A stretch of DNA of 63,811 bases, counting the filler, from Polymyxa betae A26-41 (Eukaryota; Protista; Endomyxa: Phytomyxea): assembly GCA_003693705.1 (NCBI GenBank). It is 6 parts of 6 records of this genome, joined end to end, with 100 filler letters (N's around TTAATTAATTAA, not from the genome) between each part and the next. Parts side by side here need not be neighbours in the genome. Positions count along the whole stretch, not along the records: positions 13,313 to 29,111 come from RBZT01000952.1; positions 29,212 to 38,055 come from RBZT01000982.1; positions 38,156 to 53,406 come from RBZT01000201.1; 3 more parts are not named here. One strand, 5' to 3'. The notes under the pieces were generated by a model that made no database searches, had not been told where the DNA came from, and saw only the letters and a program-made list of their open reading frames with translations. Position numbers and translations under genes: made by a program. Shown here piece after piece: positions 27,327-39,042 of this stretch (its first letter is position 1; each line of letters begins with the position of its first letter).

Positions 27327-28450
27327 TCATATGACTGGTCCTGCAATAGCTATGAGTAGAAATCCCAAGCGACAGGACTGCTCGCCATCAACGAGATTAT
27401 GATAAGGAACTGCTTCTTCCATGCCATTGTTGCCTAAAAAGTATCTTGCGTACTGTGGGCGCTCAACTATAAAACAAGGTGGAGAAGTGCCTTCGACAAA
27501 AGCGAACAAGTGATTTAATGACAACTTGTTCACCACAAATCAGATGGCGAGAGAAATGTCAGTCGTTCTCAGGACTATTCAAATCAACTCAAAACGGACC
27601 CTGTCTGAGCATGATGGCTGACATTGGGGAGAAATTCTATGGTTTAGAGGATTGGATGGGGATTGCCATTGCTTCGATATCCTCGATGGGCTCTTGTACC
27701 AGCTTGAGTGTGGGCGATTGCGATCGAGAACTGCGACAAATTCGTGGAGACGATCACCTGCCTGTTATCTCTAATGATATCGTTGCGAGGCCAAAGCAAC
27801 AATGGATAATCTTAACGTTGGCTTAGTAGGGAACCGCCACAATTTTCTGGAAGGGGGGACACAAAATGTGCAAACAATGGCTGGTGTCTTTTGATCAACA
27901 CACCTTCCCCGATTACAAATACGAACTGGGATCCCAGCTCATTGTTCTCCACAAAGATGCTGGGACCCCTGAACAGGTAAAAAAAAACGAAAAAATAGCA
28001 GAATCTACCATTAACTGTTGATAGGTTTTGCACACCGATTCTCTGCTTTAGGAGAATCTCAGGTGTTTGATCTTCTTTGATCAGGCAAACTGTGCTCATT
28101 CTCTTCCTGGTCCGATTACTGCAGAGGGGCGAACCTTTATCTCTGAAGGAGATCAAGGTGACGTTGGACAAGATGATTTGCAGCCCCAGTGATAGAGACA
28201 AAATTGAAACCGGATTTATCATGATGAGAATGGGACCGGTGCTGCCAGCTGCTGAAATCTGTTTCATCAGAACCTCTATCAGCTGGCGAGGTTCTACATG
28301 CTGGACCAGGAGGTTCATGATCTCACTTGTCAAAGTGCAGTTCGTGAGAGGCACTGCTGCTTTGTTAAGCTGAGCCCTGAGAATCGGAGGGTGACGAAAG
28401 GACCAGCAGCTGACACTGCCGGTCCTGATCCAACGCCCTTATAGGGTCGA
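27327..28450 (-). mobile_element. Possible highly degenerate Gypsy pol remnant
   Basis: Fragments AIPIQSSKP..FSP and TSPPCFIVERP resemble the Gypsy PR-RT linker and RT start. Confidence 0.3.
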
Positions 28451-29210
28451 GTCGGAGATTGCATTCGAACAGGAGCGTCTGGTGCAGAAGGGGTATCCTG
28501 ACAATGCTACGAAAGAATTCCCCAACGGAAAAGGATACAAGCAGAAGAGGCGAGAGCGAAGCTCTCTAATTTTCAATTATAATCTTAATCCATTTACAAA
28601 ACTAGCATAAGTTCAAAATTCAATAGAATAAATAATCTATCGTGGATTCGTTCATGAGCGCTTACGTTGTAATAGAGTGCTCCTGTACTCAAAGTACTTC
28701 AATAATGCTTGAATAGGAATTACTCATTATAAAAATGAGGACTGCAATCCTACTCAGAAACTACTATAATTACATATCGAGAAACAACTGATTATGAAAT
28801 GATATAGTTAGATAGTGAAGCAATATTATTAGCAATAATGACATCAATATGGTCTCATGTTGTCAGATTCTAAAGGTTGCTTTACAGTTAATATGCTCCA
28901 GTCTCTCTGCATGGACATTCTCAACCAACACTTGGCTCTCTGATGCAATTTTACAGCCATTGTACTGTACTGACGACATCTTTATTATCATTGATACTGA
29001 TCGCATCAATCCCACTAATTTCCGAGCGTGGAAGACTGTGCCTCTATATAATCCATAAGCCGTATTAGATAGGGAGAAGAGACATACTAAAATTGGAGAT
29101 CAACTGATATTNNNNNNNNNNNNNNNNNNNNNNNNNNNNNNNNNNNNNNNNNNNNTTAATTAATTAANNNNNNNNNNNNNNNNNNNNNNNNNNNNNNNNN
29201 NNNNNNNNNN

Positions 29211-29911
29211 NAACTATTTCTCTGTCGATATCAAATTTTTTTCGTCCAACACGGCCTTTTTTTCGAGAAAGTACGTTGGTCTGTACGCCCTCTTTCACGC
29301 ATTGTTTATGTCGATACCAAATCCTTTCTACTGTTGGCCTATTTATGTTCAGCTCTTGAGAAAGATCTTTAATGGACCCTTTTTTCAGCTTTCCATTGTG
29401 GCTTTTCATCAATAAATTTTCGTAAATTTTCTGGCGCATATCGTTCCCTAAATTGGGCTTCGATCGTGGTGGTACGGCAGGAGCATTATCCGTGCCTGCC
29501 ATCTCAGCATCGGAATCATCCGCAGTATTACGAGAAAGCTGCTCAGTTATCGATTCGGCTGCGTCGTCGTCAGCCAGGTGATGCCTTGCGCCGGCGATTT
29601 CACAGTTCGAGAGTCTATCGACAAGGGTGTCCATTTTGAAATGAGCACATTTCCAGCAGAAATGAAAACGTTACCACTGGGAGGCTGCGGCGCTCTCTTC
29701 ATTGCAATGCTTTCATTTGCTGAATTTACTATGGAAAGTGAGCTGTCCTCTATCTGCGAGCATATTTTTTTTTATTTCCAGCCAAAATTGAGGCTGGGTG
29801 ATGAAGGAATCATATAGACATGCATGTAGCAGTTTCCTGGGAAATGGTTAAGATCTGACGTTAACCCGTCACGCAACCGCATTTCCGACACTTATTTTTG
29901 AACGGAGGGAG
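29211..29911 (-). mobile_element. Tc1/mariner element of the DD39D (plant mariner/Stowaway-related) type, 5' part
   Basis: Minus strand TA|CTCCCTCCGTTC (TA at 29912-29913, TIR from 29911). ORF 29634-29211 reads RQKIYENLL..NGKLKKG..TVERIW..SRKKGRVGRK, like the Soymar/Osmar N-terminal HTH. Cut by a spacer. Confidence 0.85.
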
Positions 29912-30129
29912 TATAAGAGAGTCTACAGTAACGGGTCCGGTCAAAATATGCGATCTCGAAAAAGTGCGCTCCCTTTATACCGTAATATAACGGGTCCACG
30001 GATCAGGGATAATGACAACTGACTCCGTACCATATCTGGATTTTTGTATTTTTAAGATGACATTTCAACTTTAAGTAGATAGAGGTGTAGATATAAGTTC
30101 CCCAGCAAAATGTATCCACAAATGTAATA

Positions 30130-32378
30130 TTATTGTACAACGAAACCAAATCCTTGTACAGATCCATGGCGAAATAAAATACGAGATCCGGGCCGGATAT
30201 ATTCAGAACGCTGTTGGAACCGAAAGCGCACCCGATTGGGTTTTTGGACATTGGACACAGCACAGAGCTGACTTACAGATCCAATATGAGCAACACATTG
30301 AAATCCTGCCTGTATTCCAGTCAGCCCGGATATGATTTCTGCATCAAATTCATTGACGCTCATAGCCGTAATCGATGTATCTATCAAGGCAACACCACGA
30401 CGAATCTATTCATCTGTATTAATTGCAGTGAAGAATGATTGAAAAACGGTTGACGAACCTGGTCGCGTCCTGCACTAGTTACGACAACACTTGCTGATTG
30501 TCCAGCATATGCTGCATCGACTTCAACACGATGCACATGGATAGAATCCACACGTAATGGAGTGAATGTACCGTCTGGATGGGGTCCGAATTGTAATGTC
30601 TGTCCAACATAGATCTCTCCCTTGAGCACTATCCCAGTCATAACTGTTAGAGATCCAACCCAATGCACTTCATTACAAGCAAACTCGGTGGGCAAAGAAC
30701 GATCAATCTGGGGAGAGGATGACACGAGATTGTGAGGTCAGAAAACAGTATGAGCCGGTACCTGCCAATGGTCTGGCTTGGATAGATGCTGAAGGAAGTG
30801 CTGAAGTAGATGTAGACCATGACCAGATACAGAACTGGTCACTATAATGGGTACACAACTGAATGACATGCATAATTGTACAATATCATCAATATCATCA
30901 TTATCCTATATCATTCACATCACTTCATCAACCTAATGACACGCTATAATCAACGACCTGTATCAATACACAGCGTATTGATAAATGCTGGGATATTGTA
31001 TCAATGACCGAGTTCAGACCATAATTGGAAGTAACCAGGTCAACCTTGGTTAGAACAATAAAGACAGGAATAAGCAACAAAATACTGATCGTGAATGTAA
31101 AAAACATATTCAAGAGAAATTAGTATAGTTATCAACCTTAAATCAACTGATGCTAAATGGGTCTCAAGTGAATCTAGTGGACAAACTGAAGAGATCGCCA
31201 CACAAACGTAATCAGGCATCTGAAATAGTTAAGTAGATAATATACAGTAACGAAGGATGATGGTGACCTGCGATGCTAAACCAGCTAACGTAGTGCGAGC
31301 ATGTCTGGAGTTAATACCAGCAAGATCAATAAATTGAAGTAATCGGTTACTTATACTAATCATAGACTGTACAGTACGTGACATATAGCAATGATTAGCG
31401 ATAGATCCATCAGATGTAAATCCAATCAATAATCTTGTCAATGACGACGTCTTTCCATTGGCTAATCTATCACCAAATTAATTAGGAGCTCATCAATATA
31501 CTCTCGAGCATACTCGTGTTGATGGCGAAATACATTGGTACGTGCTGACCCATTGCCATTATCTAGTTGACCGCTCAGTAATACTCCAATCAAGGAGCTC
31601 TTTCCGCTCCCTGTTCATTTGATCATCATAAGCATATATACTGATACAGCTAAGTAGTACCTGTGAGACCAAGTGCACATATTCGAACATCTTCAATGAG
31701 CGTTTTTGCGTTGACTCGTCGTATAAGCAATTGTGCCGTCTTTCCATGACGTCCATATTTAATATGTACAATATAGCAATGACACTGGATTATCGTACAC
31801 ATATCAAACATTGTACGAATCGATGCAATCAAATCTTGATCTGAAAGTCCCGCAGCTACTCCATTATCACGAACACCGATCTGTAATAGTGAAAATAAAA
31901 TATCAGTCAACTTGTAGCATACTGTAGACAGACCTCGTAGATAGCATGACCAGAACCTTCAATTAAACGAAATTTCATCTGAGTACATAAATGTTGTATT
32001 CTATCAAGTTGAACATTAATAAGGATGTACTTGAATTCAATATAACCAGTATCAGATTCTGGGCCCAGATCATCCTATCAGCATCATTATATCTCAATTT
32101 CCAGGTGATATTCACCATAAACTTCAACTAACCGCTATGTGATCATGGGCACAATCTACGACAATATCCTCGTGAGATTCGATCAGTTTCAGCTGCGATC
32201 TTCGATGTTTCTCCTGAATCACCCATGAACCATGTGGCAACAAGCGAAGAGCAGAAACGCGCCCAACCTTAATCTTATGCAGTATAAGATGTGAATGCTG
32301 ATCACGTCTAGAAGTATCAGAGGGCACCAGACCGAAGAAGGCCTCGGAATCATGATCGTCATATAAATCTCCTAACAT
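30130..32378 (-). CDS. GTPBP1/GTPBP2-like translational GTPase (multi-exon)
   Basis: [26 protein letters not shown]|IGVRDNG; G1 GLTG|SGKS; [15 protein letters not shown]; G3 DLAG; G4 TKVD; beta-barrel domains ending [17 protein letters not shown]...GFG. Confidence 0.88.
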
Positions 32379-32542
32379 GAAGGATCCAGATCATGGTATT
32401 ATTCTATGGAGTAAATTATAAGGGGGTCATTATCCACAAACACATCACGCACTTATATCTATTAACCAATATTTCATACATAATCATCTCAATGCAAATT
32501 GTATGCTTTTATTACACTCATTGAGTCATTTCACATTAACGA

Positions 32543-34508
32543 TTATTGAGGAATTTCTCCATATTTGTCGATGAGTTGCTTGACGAGTTCATCACATCGA
32601 TCAGATTCAACGAAATTTTTATCTCCATGAAGAGCCAAATTCCTGTTCTGGATCCATAAATATACGTTATGGAATAAAGCTTTGTCTCCAGCTTTTAACG
32701 TCATTTGTAGCAATTGGTTAGAGCTAAGTATGTCTAATTGAGTAATAAGCTGAGGGTGAGCTGATACAAATCGCAAAACTAAAATAATCTGATGAGGAGT
32801 TGAACAATTGAGTATTTGCTCTATTAAGAGTTGATATGTGCCAGATCTATACAGCATATCAAGACCTAACTGATATATAGCATCATTTAGATCACGACCG
32901 ATACAACACAATCTTACACCTAATTCACCAGAATCTGGGAACATATGATATCTAGTTATTATTCAGATCTATTGGCAAGATCTCTATCAACCCAACTTAC
33001 TGCAGACATTGTTGAAATTGGTGATATCTCTCATTCTCCATAAGAACATCTACAATAATCTCGATTATTTCATATTCTGGACTTATATGTGCCTCCAATA
33101 ATTTCTGCATATACACATAACAAATTGATTCCAGATAACGACCTGGAACGCAACCTGTAACTCTACGAAATATAGATGCAATGTGAGATTGAGATATTGT
33201 AGTTCTTCTTTTGGAATCAACTGAAGTTATTATAGATAATGAACGACACAGTTGATCGGAAAGACGTTCTTGCAATATCTGATCGGATAGAACGCGCTCA
33301 ATATATGATTCTGCATTGGAACGACGTGTTAAGAAATGAAGAAGTGGTTCAGGATCCGAGATCCCCCAGCTATCAATCATACCATCTAATCTGAGTGATA
33401 GTATGATGATCTTATTGCCAGCTACTATGAGATCTGGCTGCAATATTGTCCAGCCTATCGGTAATGATAACGGGAGCGGTGATATTAATGGTGCATTGAG
33501 CGCTCGGGTATCAAATAGTAGTGGCAGCTGTGGTCGTCCTTCAACGAATACAACAAGAACATCATCAGAAACAAACAAACGGGCCGGGCCAGTATGGAAT
33601 AGATCGAAAGAATGGGTCGGTACCAATGCAGACCTCTGAATGAGATAGACGTGCAGACGACCAGCGTTTTCGTCGAAAAATATTAGAGTTGGATGTTCAT
33701 AAAGATCGATTAAATGAACCTGTCTCTGAATCTGAATTGGAGTGGCATCTGAAAGACGACCGATCCCAAATCTTAACGTCTTTCGAGGAGAAGCAGATCG
33801 CATGATCCAAAGGTCGAATTGATTCCTGTCATCTGCAGCTAAAAGTACACGACGTGAGCACTAAATCGAAGCTTCAGATATTACGCTGATACAATTCGTG
33901 TGAGTTTTCAAACCAAGAACCATGATGCTACAGTTGGACGGGTATGTGCTCGAACTAGATTCAGACTCTGACCAGTAACATCGACCTGTAATTATCTTTT
34001 GTAAATCATCAGTAAGAGGGCAATGTCAAGTAATTACGTTGTAAAACAGTAGAGCAGTAGTAGTAATAACAAGTAATGACGATAACGATGTATGGATCCA
34101 ATATACTGCCAAAATCTGAACAGATTCAAACATATACTGAGACACACACGTAGATCCATGATAGATTTTCAATAGATTATCTGCAAATAAAATTGCACAA
34201 AGGTCGTCACCGCGATAAGATAATTGCACCAGGGTAACCCGATTTGCCTCTATAAGAATCTGTATGCTTATAAATACAAGTCTAGTGAACTTCAATAACA
34301 AAAGAGCATCAAAAGCAAAATTAATATAAGAGAATGTTGAAAGGAATACTTGTAATGGGGGAGTTGTGTCAATGATGAGTTCCGAGCCAGACATGTATAT
34401 AATATGACCAGAGCATTGGTCCCTAGTTACGAACTCGATAGGATTGGAATCTGAATCGTGGAGTTCAACATAGCTAAGCTGGAAATGACCCTGATCTGAT
34501 GATAACAT
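32543..34508 (-). CDS. RMC1: Regulator of MON1-CCZ1 complex (Mic1/C18orf8-like), multi-exon
   Basis: C-terminal Mic1-like segment LQ|YHMFPDS..YQLGLDMLYR..LRF..LFHNVY..RNLALHG..F...DRC; beta-rich N-terminus. Confidence 0.8.
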
Positions 34509-34830
34509 GGATAAACAGATAGAAGTCTCCCAATTATTGGACGCATTCACTTCATTAATGGCGGTCATATCCACTTAATGCAGAACTCTTCTTTATAATA
34601 TCATCGCAATCAAGAAAAAGTGCAGCAAAACCCGGATTTGATTAGTACTGAGACACCAGATAGAATATGTCAAAGTTTATGGCATTGTCAGTGTCATGGA
34701 TTAGAAGTAGTTTCGTACAGTAAATAGTGGAAGCAAATAGCGATTATACAGGATGCATTCGCCAGACCACTTCCGAACAATTTATTTTAAGCCTGAAGCT
34801 CTGAAATCTGAAGACCATCTGAGCTAACCA

Positions 34831-35727
34831 TTAGGCGAAACTCTCCAGAACCTGTCGCTCCATAACAAAATAATGATGATCTGGATAGAATTGTTTAAGC
34901 TCCTGAACCAGTTTACAGCGAATATCATCATTTTTTGGAAATTGATCTCCAAGATGATCAAGGCAGACGATGGAATTGAAGAGAGTTGCGGAAGGGATGG
35001 CTTGACCATTATTACGAGCAAGAGATCGGCACTGCTTCAGTGCCTGAAGAGCATCCGAAAATTGGGACGTTCGCATAGCCAAAGCTGCTTTCATTTCTCC
35101 CAGCAATATGGTCATACCGAAACGTTGGATGAGATCGTTGATTATATCTTTAGCTTGAGTAGCATCTCCATAGCCACAAGCTGCAAGTTTCACACCACTA
35201 ATGAGAAACTGATAAATGGCACTGAAAATGAAAAAAACACAAATCAATACGTACGTGACCATTGACAAGACATCATCGTCATCAAGTTTGGCTAGTTTTT
35301 TGAATTCCTCCTGTGCGAGATCAAATCTGCATAAATCAAGATAAAGTTGAACTCGGAGAGCAATGCAATCCAGGGACGGTGGCTGATTATGCAGTACAGA
35401 CAATGCTTGGCGAATATTTCCAAATCGCAGATAGGAGACAGCTGCACATAAATGATCCAAAGGAGTCCTTAATTGTACATTATCTAATTGAGACGGATCA
35501 TCAGCTACCAATGCAGCGACAGATGGCAACTTAAGATCAAGATGTTGTGGAAGATGACGACCTAATGCTTGAGATGCCCGAATTTGGAAATAGCTAGTGA
35601 GCTGGCGTAAAGTATCGGAATCGGCAATAACTGATGCAGATTCGTTGATTGCCATATCATATGCACCTGCATAAAAATGGGCTCGAACTGAGAATAGCTC
35701 TTCAGGCTCCATATTGAATTCCGTCAT
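34831..35727 (-). CDS. COPE: Coatomer subunit epsilon (probable in-frame intron ~35198-35254)
   Basis: EELFSVRAHFYAGAYDMAINE N-terminus; ALRVQLYLDLCRFDLA..DDD; TPR-like; C-terminal PDHH..E..F. Confidence 0.88.
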   Translation of the reverse strand: MTEFNMEPEELFSVRAHFYAGAYDMAINESASVIADSDTLRQLTSYFQIRASQALGRHLPQHLDLKLPSVAALVADDPSQLDNVQLRTPLDHLCAAVSYLRFGNIRQALSVLHNQPPSLDCIALRVQLYLDLCRFDLAQEEFKKLAKLDDDDVLSMVTYVLICVFFIFSAIYQFLISGVKLAACGYGDATQAKDIINDLIQRFGMTILLGEMKAALAMRTSQFSDALQALKQCRSLARNNGQAIPSATLFNSIVCLDHLGDQFPKNDDIRCKLVQELKQFYPDHHYFVMERQVLESFA

Positions 35728-36275
35728 GGCGGTCAATACTACCAGGCCAAAAATCGAACTTGAGAAAAGAAAAAAACGAAGAAGGCAATAGGCCAATAGA
35801 AATTGGAAGGCTGCGCCTCACTCTACAATAGACAGCGTACCGGCATCACAAGACGGTTTAAATTTGGTAATCTGTTTATAGATACCAAAATTAAGCAAAA
35901 TAAAATTTAAAAGTTGCCAAAATTAACCCAAAATTTTGATAAAACATTAGCCGAATCTGTATATTGCGAGATTCTCAGAACTGGCCAGTCGAAGAGAAAT
36001 CTCCATCAGTCTTTCCTGCATATCTAGGTAAGCTCTGCGGAAGAGATTTTCACCTTTGCTGCAAGGATACCGTGACCGATTTTCAAACGTGTTGAGTCAG
36101 AATACCTCTCTACAGGCTCTTCTTGAGTCAATCAATCATGATTCTGTTTGTACTGACAATAAAGGACACTTTCGATTGTGGTTCTAACTTAGAACATCTT
36201 TAGTTTATCTCAAGCATCTTAATTTAGTTTCAGTCGGCATTTTCTACAAGTTCTGCTCAACTTCAGATTCTAATT

Positions 36276-36289
36276 GGTTATGGGCTCAG
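36276..36289 (+). promoter_or_regulatory. Copia/Ty5-type primer-binding site (internal initiator-tRNA-Met primer)
   Basis: GGTTATGGGCTCAG, nearly identical to the PBS of the Copia element at 15025-15011 and to the Drosophila copia PBS GGTTATGGGCCCAG. Confidence 0.75.
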
Positions 36290-36291
36290 AA

Positions 36292-37210
36292 ATGCCACAT
36301 CAAACACTGTCCCTTTCAGATATTCAGGAACTCCAAAATAATTATCAACAGCAAGTTGAAGCCATGCGTGCGCAGATCGAGCAGCTCCAACATCAACTGC
36401 TGCACCATCAGCAGCAAACGACTGCTAGCCCACCTGCAGCTCGATCCTTAGAACCAAATGTTCGTTCTTCCAGACCCATTCGATGGAGATCGTCGCAAAC
36501 TGCGAGGGTTTCTGAATCAGCTAAGACTTATTTGGAAGTTTCAGCCGCAACTTTATGCAGCAGATTCTGTAAAAGTAGCCCTCTTGGGAACTTTATTGAA
36601 AGGGGCCGCTCTTCAATGGTTCTCTCCTCTTCTGGAATCTAATGATGTTCGACTCAACGATGCAAACGTTGTTATACAATTGTTAGAGGAAGCCTTTGGT
36701 GACCCGGATCGCATCAATACGACGTCTCGAAGAATAGAAACCCTTCAGCAAGGCCGTCGACCAGCCAGTGCCTATGCTTCTGAACTTCGTCTCATTGCTG
36801 CAGATTTAGATTGGAATGACGCAGCCAAAATGTATTGGTTTCATCGTGGGCTGAACAACGAGGTGAAACGATTATTATTATCGAAGTCGAAACCGGGTAC
36901 TTTAGAAACTGCTATTAATGATGCTATTGAATGCGACAACCGTATCTTTGAACTTCGTTCGTTTGGCGGTCGAACCGCCTTATTTACAAATGCCGGGAGT
37001 CCGGCGACATCTAATCCACCGTCTGATCCAATTGTACTAGATGCAGCATTTTCCACGCAATCACAGCCCAGAGGGCCATTATCGTCTGATGAACGTCAAC
37101 ATCGAATAGATAACGGCTTATGCCTTTACTGTGGTGAAGATGGACACATCGCAGTTAAATGCCCGAAACTCGCTAACAGAACTTCGGGAAACGGCCCTCG
37201 GCGGGGATGA
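36292..37210 (+). CDS. Ty3/Gypsy-type (PEG10/RTL/chromovirus-like) Gag with a 1-nt frameshift near 36465
   Basis: Coiled-coil N-terminus EPNVR, then +1 T, then LPDPFDG; retrotrans_gag core; CCHC knuckle. Confidence 0.85.
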
Positions 37211-37237
37211 AATTGTCGGTCTCCACGCCTGCTCCTT
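37186..37237 (+). promoter_or_regulatory. Programmed -1 ribosomal frameshift signal
   Basis: G GGA AAC (37186-37192) is in gag codon phase, and the -1 frame is open into pol. Downstream GGCGGGGA can pair with TCCACGCC. Confidence 0.78.
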
Positions 37238-38055
37238 ATAAAGGATATTTTACGTTTCATAATTCCGACTCAACTCCTAATTATTTTACCACCAGCGTCA
37301 AAGTTAAAACTAACTGCAGTCCCGTTATATTAAGAGCTTTAGTTGATACAGGATCGTTCACAAACTGTGCTGACCGCGAAACTATTTTAGCTCTCGACAT
37401 TCCGATTGTTGACAAGCTATCTGCGCTGAAAGCTGAAACAATAGATGGGACGAAATTAACAATCTTGCAAAAAACATTACCTTTGACTGTTGTTGTTGCT
37501 GATCATACTTATGTTACATCATTCAATATCATCAACTCCCCACATTTTCCTGTAATTCTTGGAATTCCATGGTTAAGAAAGCACAGACCAAGTTTCAATT
37601 GGGATAATATGACTATCAGTTTACCAAAATTTGAATCTTCATGTCATCCAAAAAATCTAGAAGCCAAGACGGAGATCTTAGTAATGTCAAATCTCAATGA
37701 AGATTCTTCAGCCAAGTCCGATTCTGACACAAACAACGATACCCTTCATTTCTGGCATATGCGGCTTGGACATCGAAACTTCCACGACATCCAGACAATA
37801 TCGCATAGAAGGTTGGCAACCGAGAAGCTGTTTGAGCATTTCTCAAACACTAGACCTTTCTGCGAAGCATGTGTCATCGGGAAGGCTAAGAAATTGCCAT
37901 TACCAAAGCATAGTAAACCGAAACAATGGGGCCTGTTAGAGAGAATTGATATTGACGAATGCGGACCCCTACCTATACGATCTATAAATGGAGAGCGGTA
38001 TTTTATCACGTTCTGTGAACGTAAGAGTAAGGTTAAATTCACCTATTTGCTGCAC
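37186..38055 (+). CDS. pol (partial): Gypsy-type aspartic protease fused to a Copia-type gag-pre-integrase/integrase
   Basis: Single open frame with DTG protease, ILG.PWL flap, WHxRLGH, CxxC and integrase core start; truncated by a spacer. Confidence 0.85.
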
Positions 38056-38155
38056 NNNNNNNNNNNNNNNNNNNNNNNNNNNNNNNNNNNNNNNNNNNNT
38101 TAATTAATTAANNNNNNNNNNNNNNNNNNNNNNNNNNNNNNNNNNNNNNNNNNNN

Positions 38156-38351
38156 AGCATATTGATTTACGCTATCATCTTCTGCGTGATCAAGTTCACA
38201 ACGGAAAAGTCAAGATTGTTTATTGCGAAACGCAGAATATGACTGCCGACATCTTGACTAAGCCATTAGGCAAGCATTTATTCCAGAAACACCGAGCCAA
38301 ACTTGTTTCGGCCGAATCAACTGCAGAAATGGACGTTGATTTCGCAGGGGC
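38156..38351 (+). mobile_element. Copia RNase H C-terminus plus probable polypurine tract
   Basis: (K)HIDLRYHLLRDQV..YCETQNMTADILTKPL, then GCAGGGGCG. Confidence 0.85.
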
Positions 38352-39042
38352 GTAATAGGATGAGTACGACATCAACACCCAGTTTCAGAGTTATTCTCGA
38401 CCCGATCCACTAGATCGGGCGGTTCGTTTATCAATACACTTCCACTTCCAATTTTACTACTATCCTGGCTGCCCAATATTTGAGAGCTACGCTGTCACTT
38501 GATTTGTTAGACGGGAGAGGGTTTTGAACTGGAATGTGTTTGAAGAAGTGATTTATTTGTTACAATGCAAGCGGAAGACAATGCTTCCGGTTGAATTAGC
38601 GTGAGTCAACGCTATTGATATCTCGAGATTGATCTAACAGCGCTCATATGCTAACATGATTGTAATCGCAGGAGTCATCATTGTGATGGTGACAGTGACC
38701 TTTGAACGATGGAAATAATGCTGTAATTGAGGCCATGCATGATGACAAGAACGGGTGAAATTGCTTCTCCAGAGCGTTCTGAATTACGAATTGACATCCG
38801 TGATATAGCATCGCTCTCTGTCTTGTTCACTATTTACGACTCCTGTCTCAAAGTTGATTACAACGCTCCTTTCAAGCTGCAATGTTGTCTGCTACTGAGC
38901 AATTGAGTATATTGGCGTTGACCCTGCAGAAATGGCTGCATGCGACAAACCAGCGAATTGTGAAACTTGTAATGTAAAGGAATTTCAGAGTGGATTGAAT
39001 AGAGACTTTATTTTTTTATGTGGATGCATCGGACAAGACAGA

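Larger units (their letters stand above)
36276..38055 (+). mobile_element. Hybrid LTR retrotransposon: Copia-type PBS, Gypsy (PEG10-like) gag-protease and Copia-type integrase
   Basis: PBS GGTTATGGGCTCAG; gag LPDPFDGDR..FL..KGAALQWF..CLYCGEDGHIAVKC; GGGAAAC slip site; PR ALVDTGS..ILGIPWL; then in frame WHMRLGH, CEACVIGK and IDIDECGP..GERYFITF. No gap inside this span. Confidence 0.85.

Noticed and set aside
31305-31317. 13-nt GT..AG micro-intron that might restore the GTPBP His
   Set aside because: Removing it shifts the frame and gives a stop within a few codons.
38156-38480. Copia RNase H/PPT as the proven 3' half of the hybrid element
   Set aside because: It lies across an artificial spacer, and the sequence after the PPT shows no visible match to the region upstream of the PBS. 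Orientation is compatible, but it is not used as evidence.
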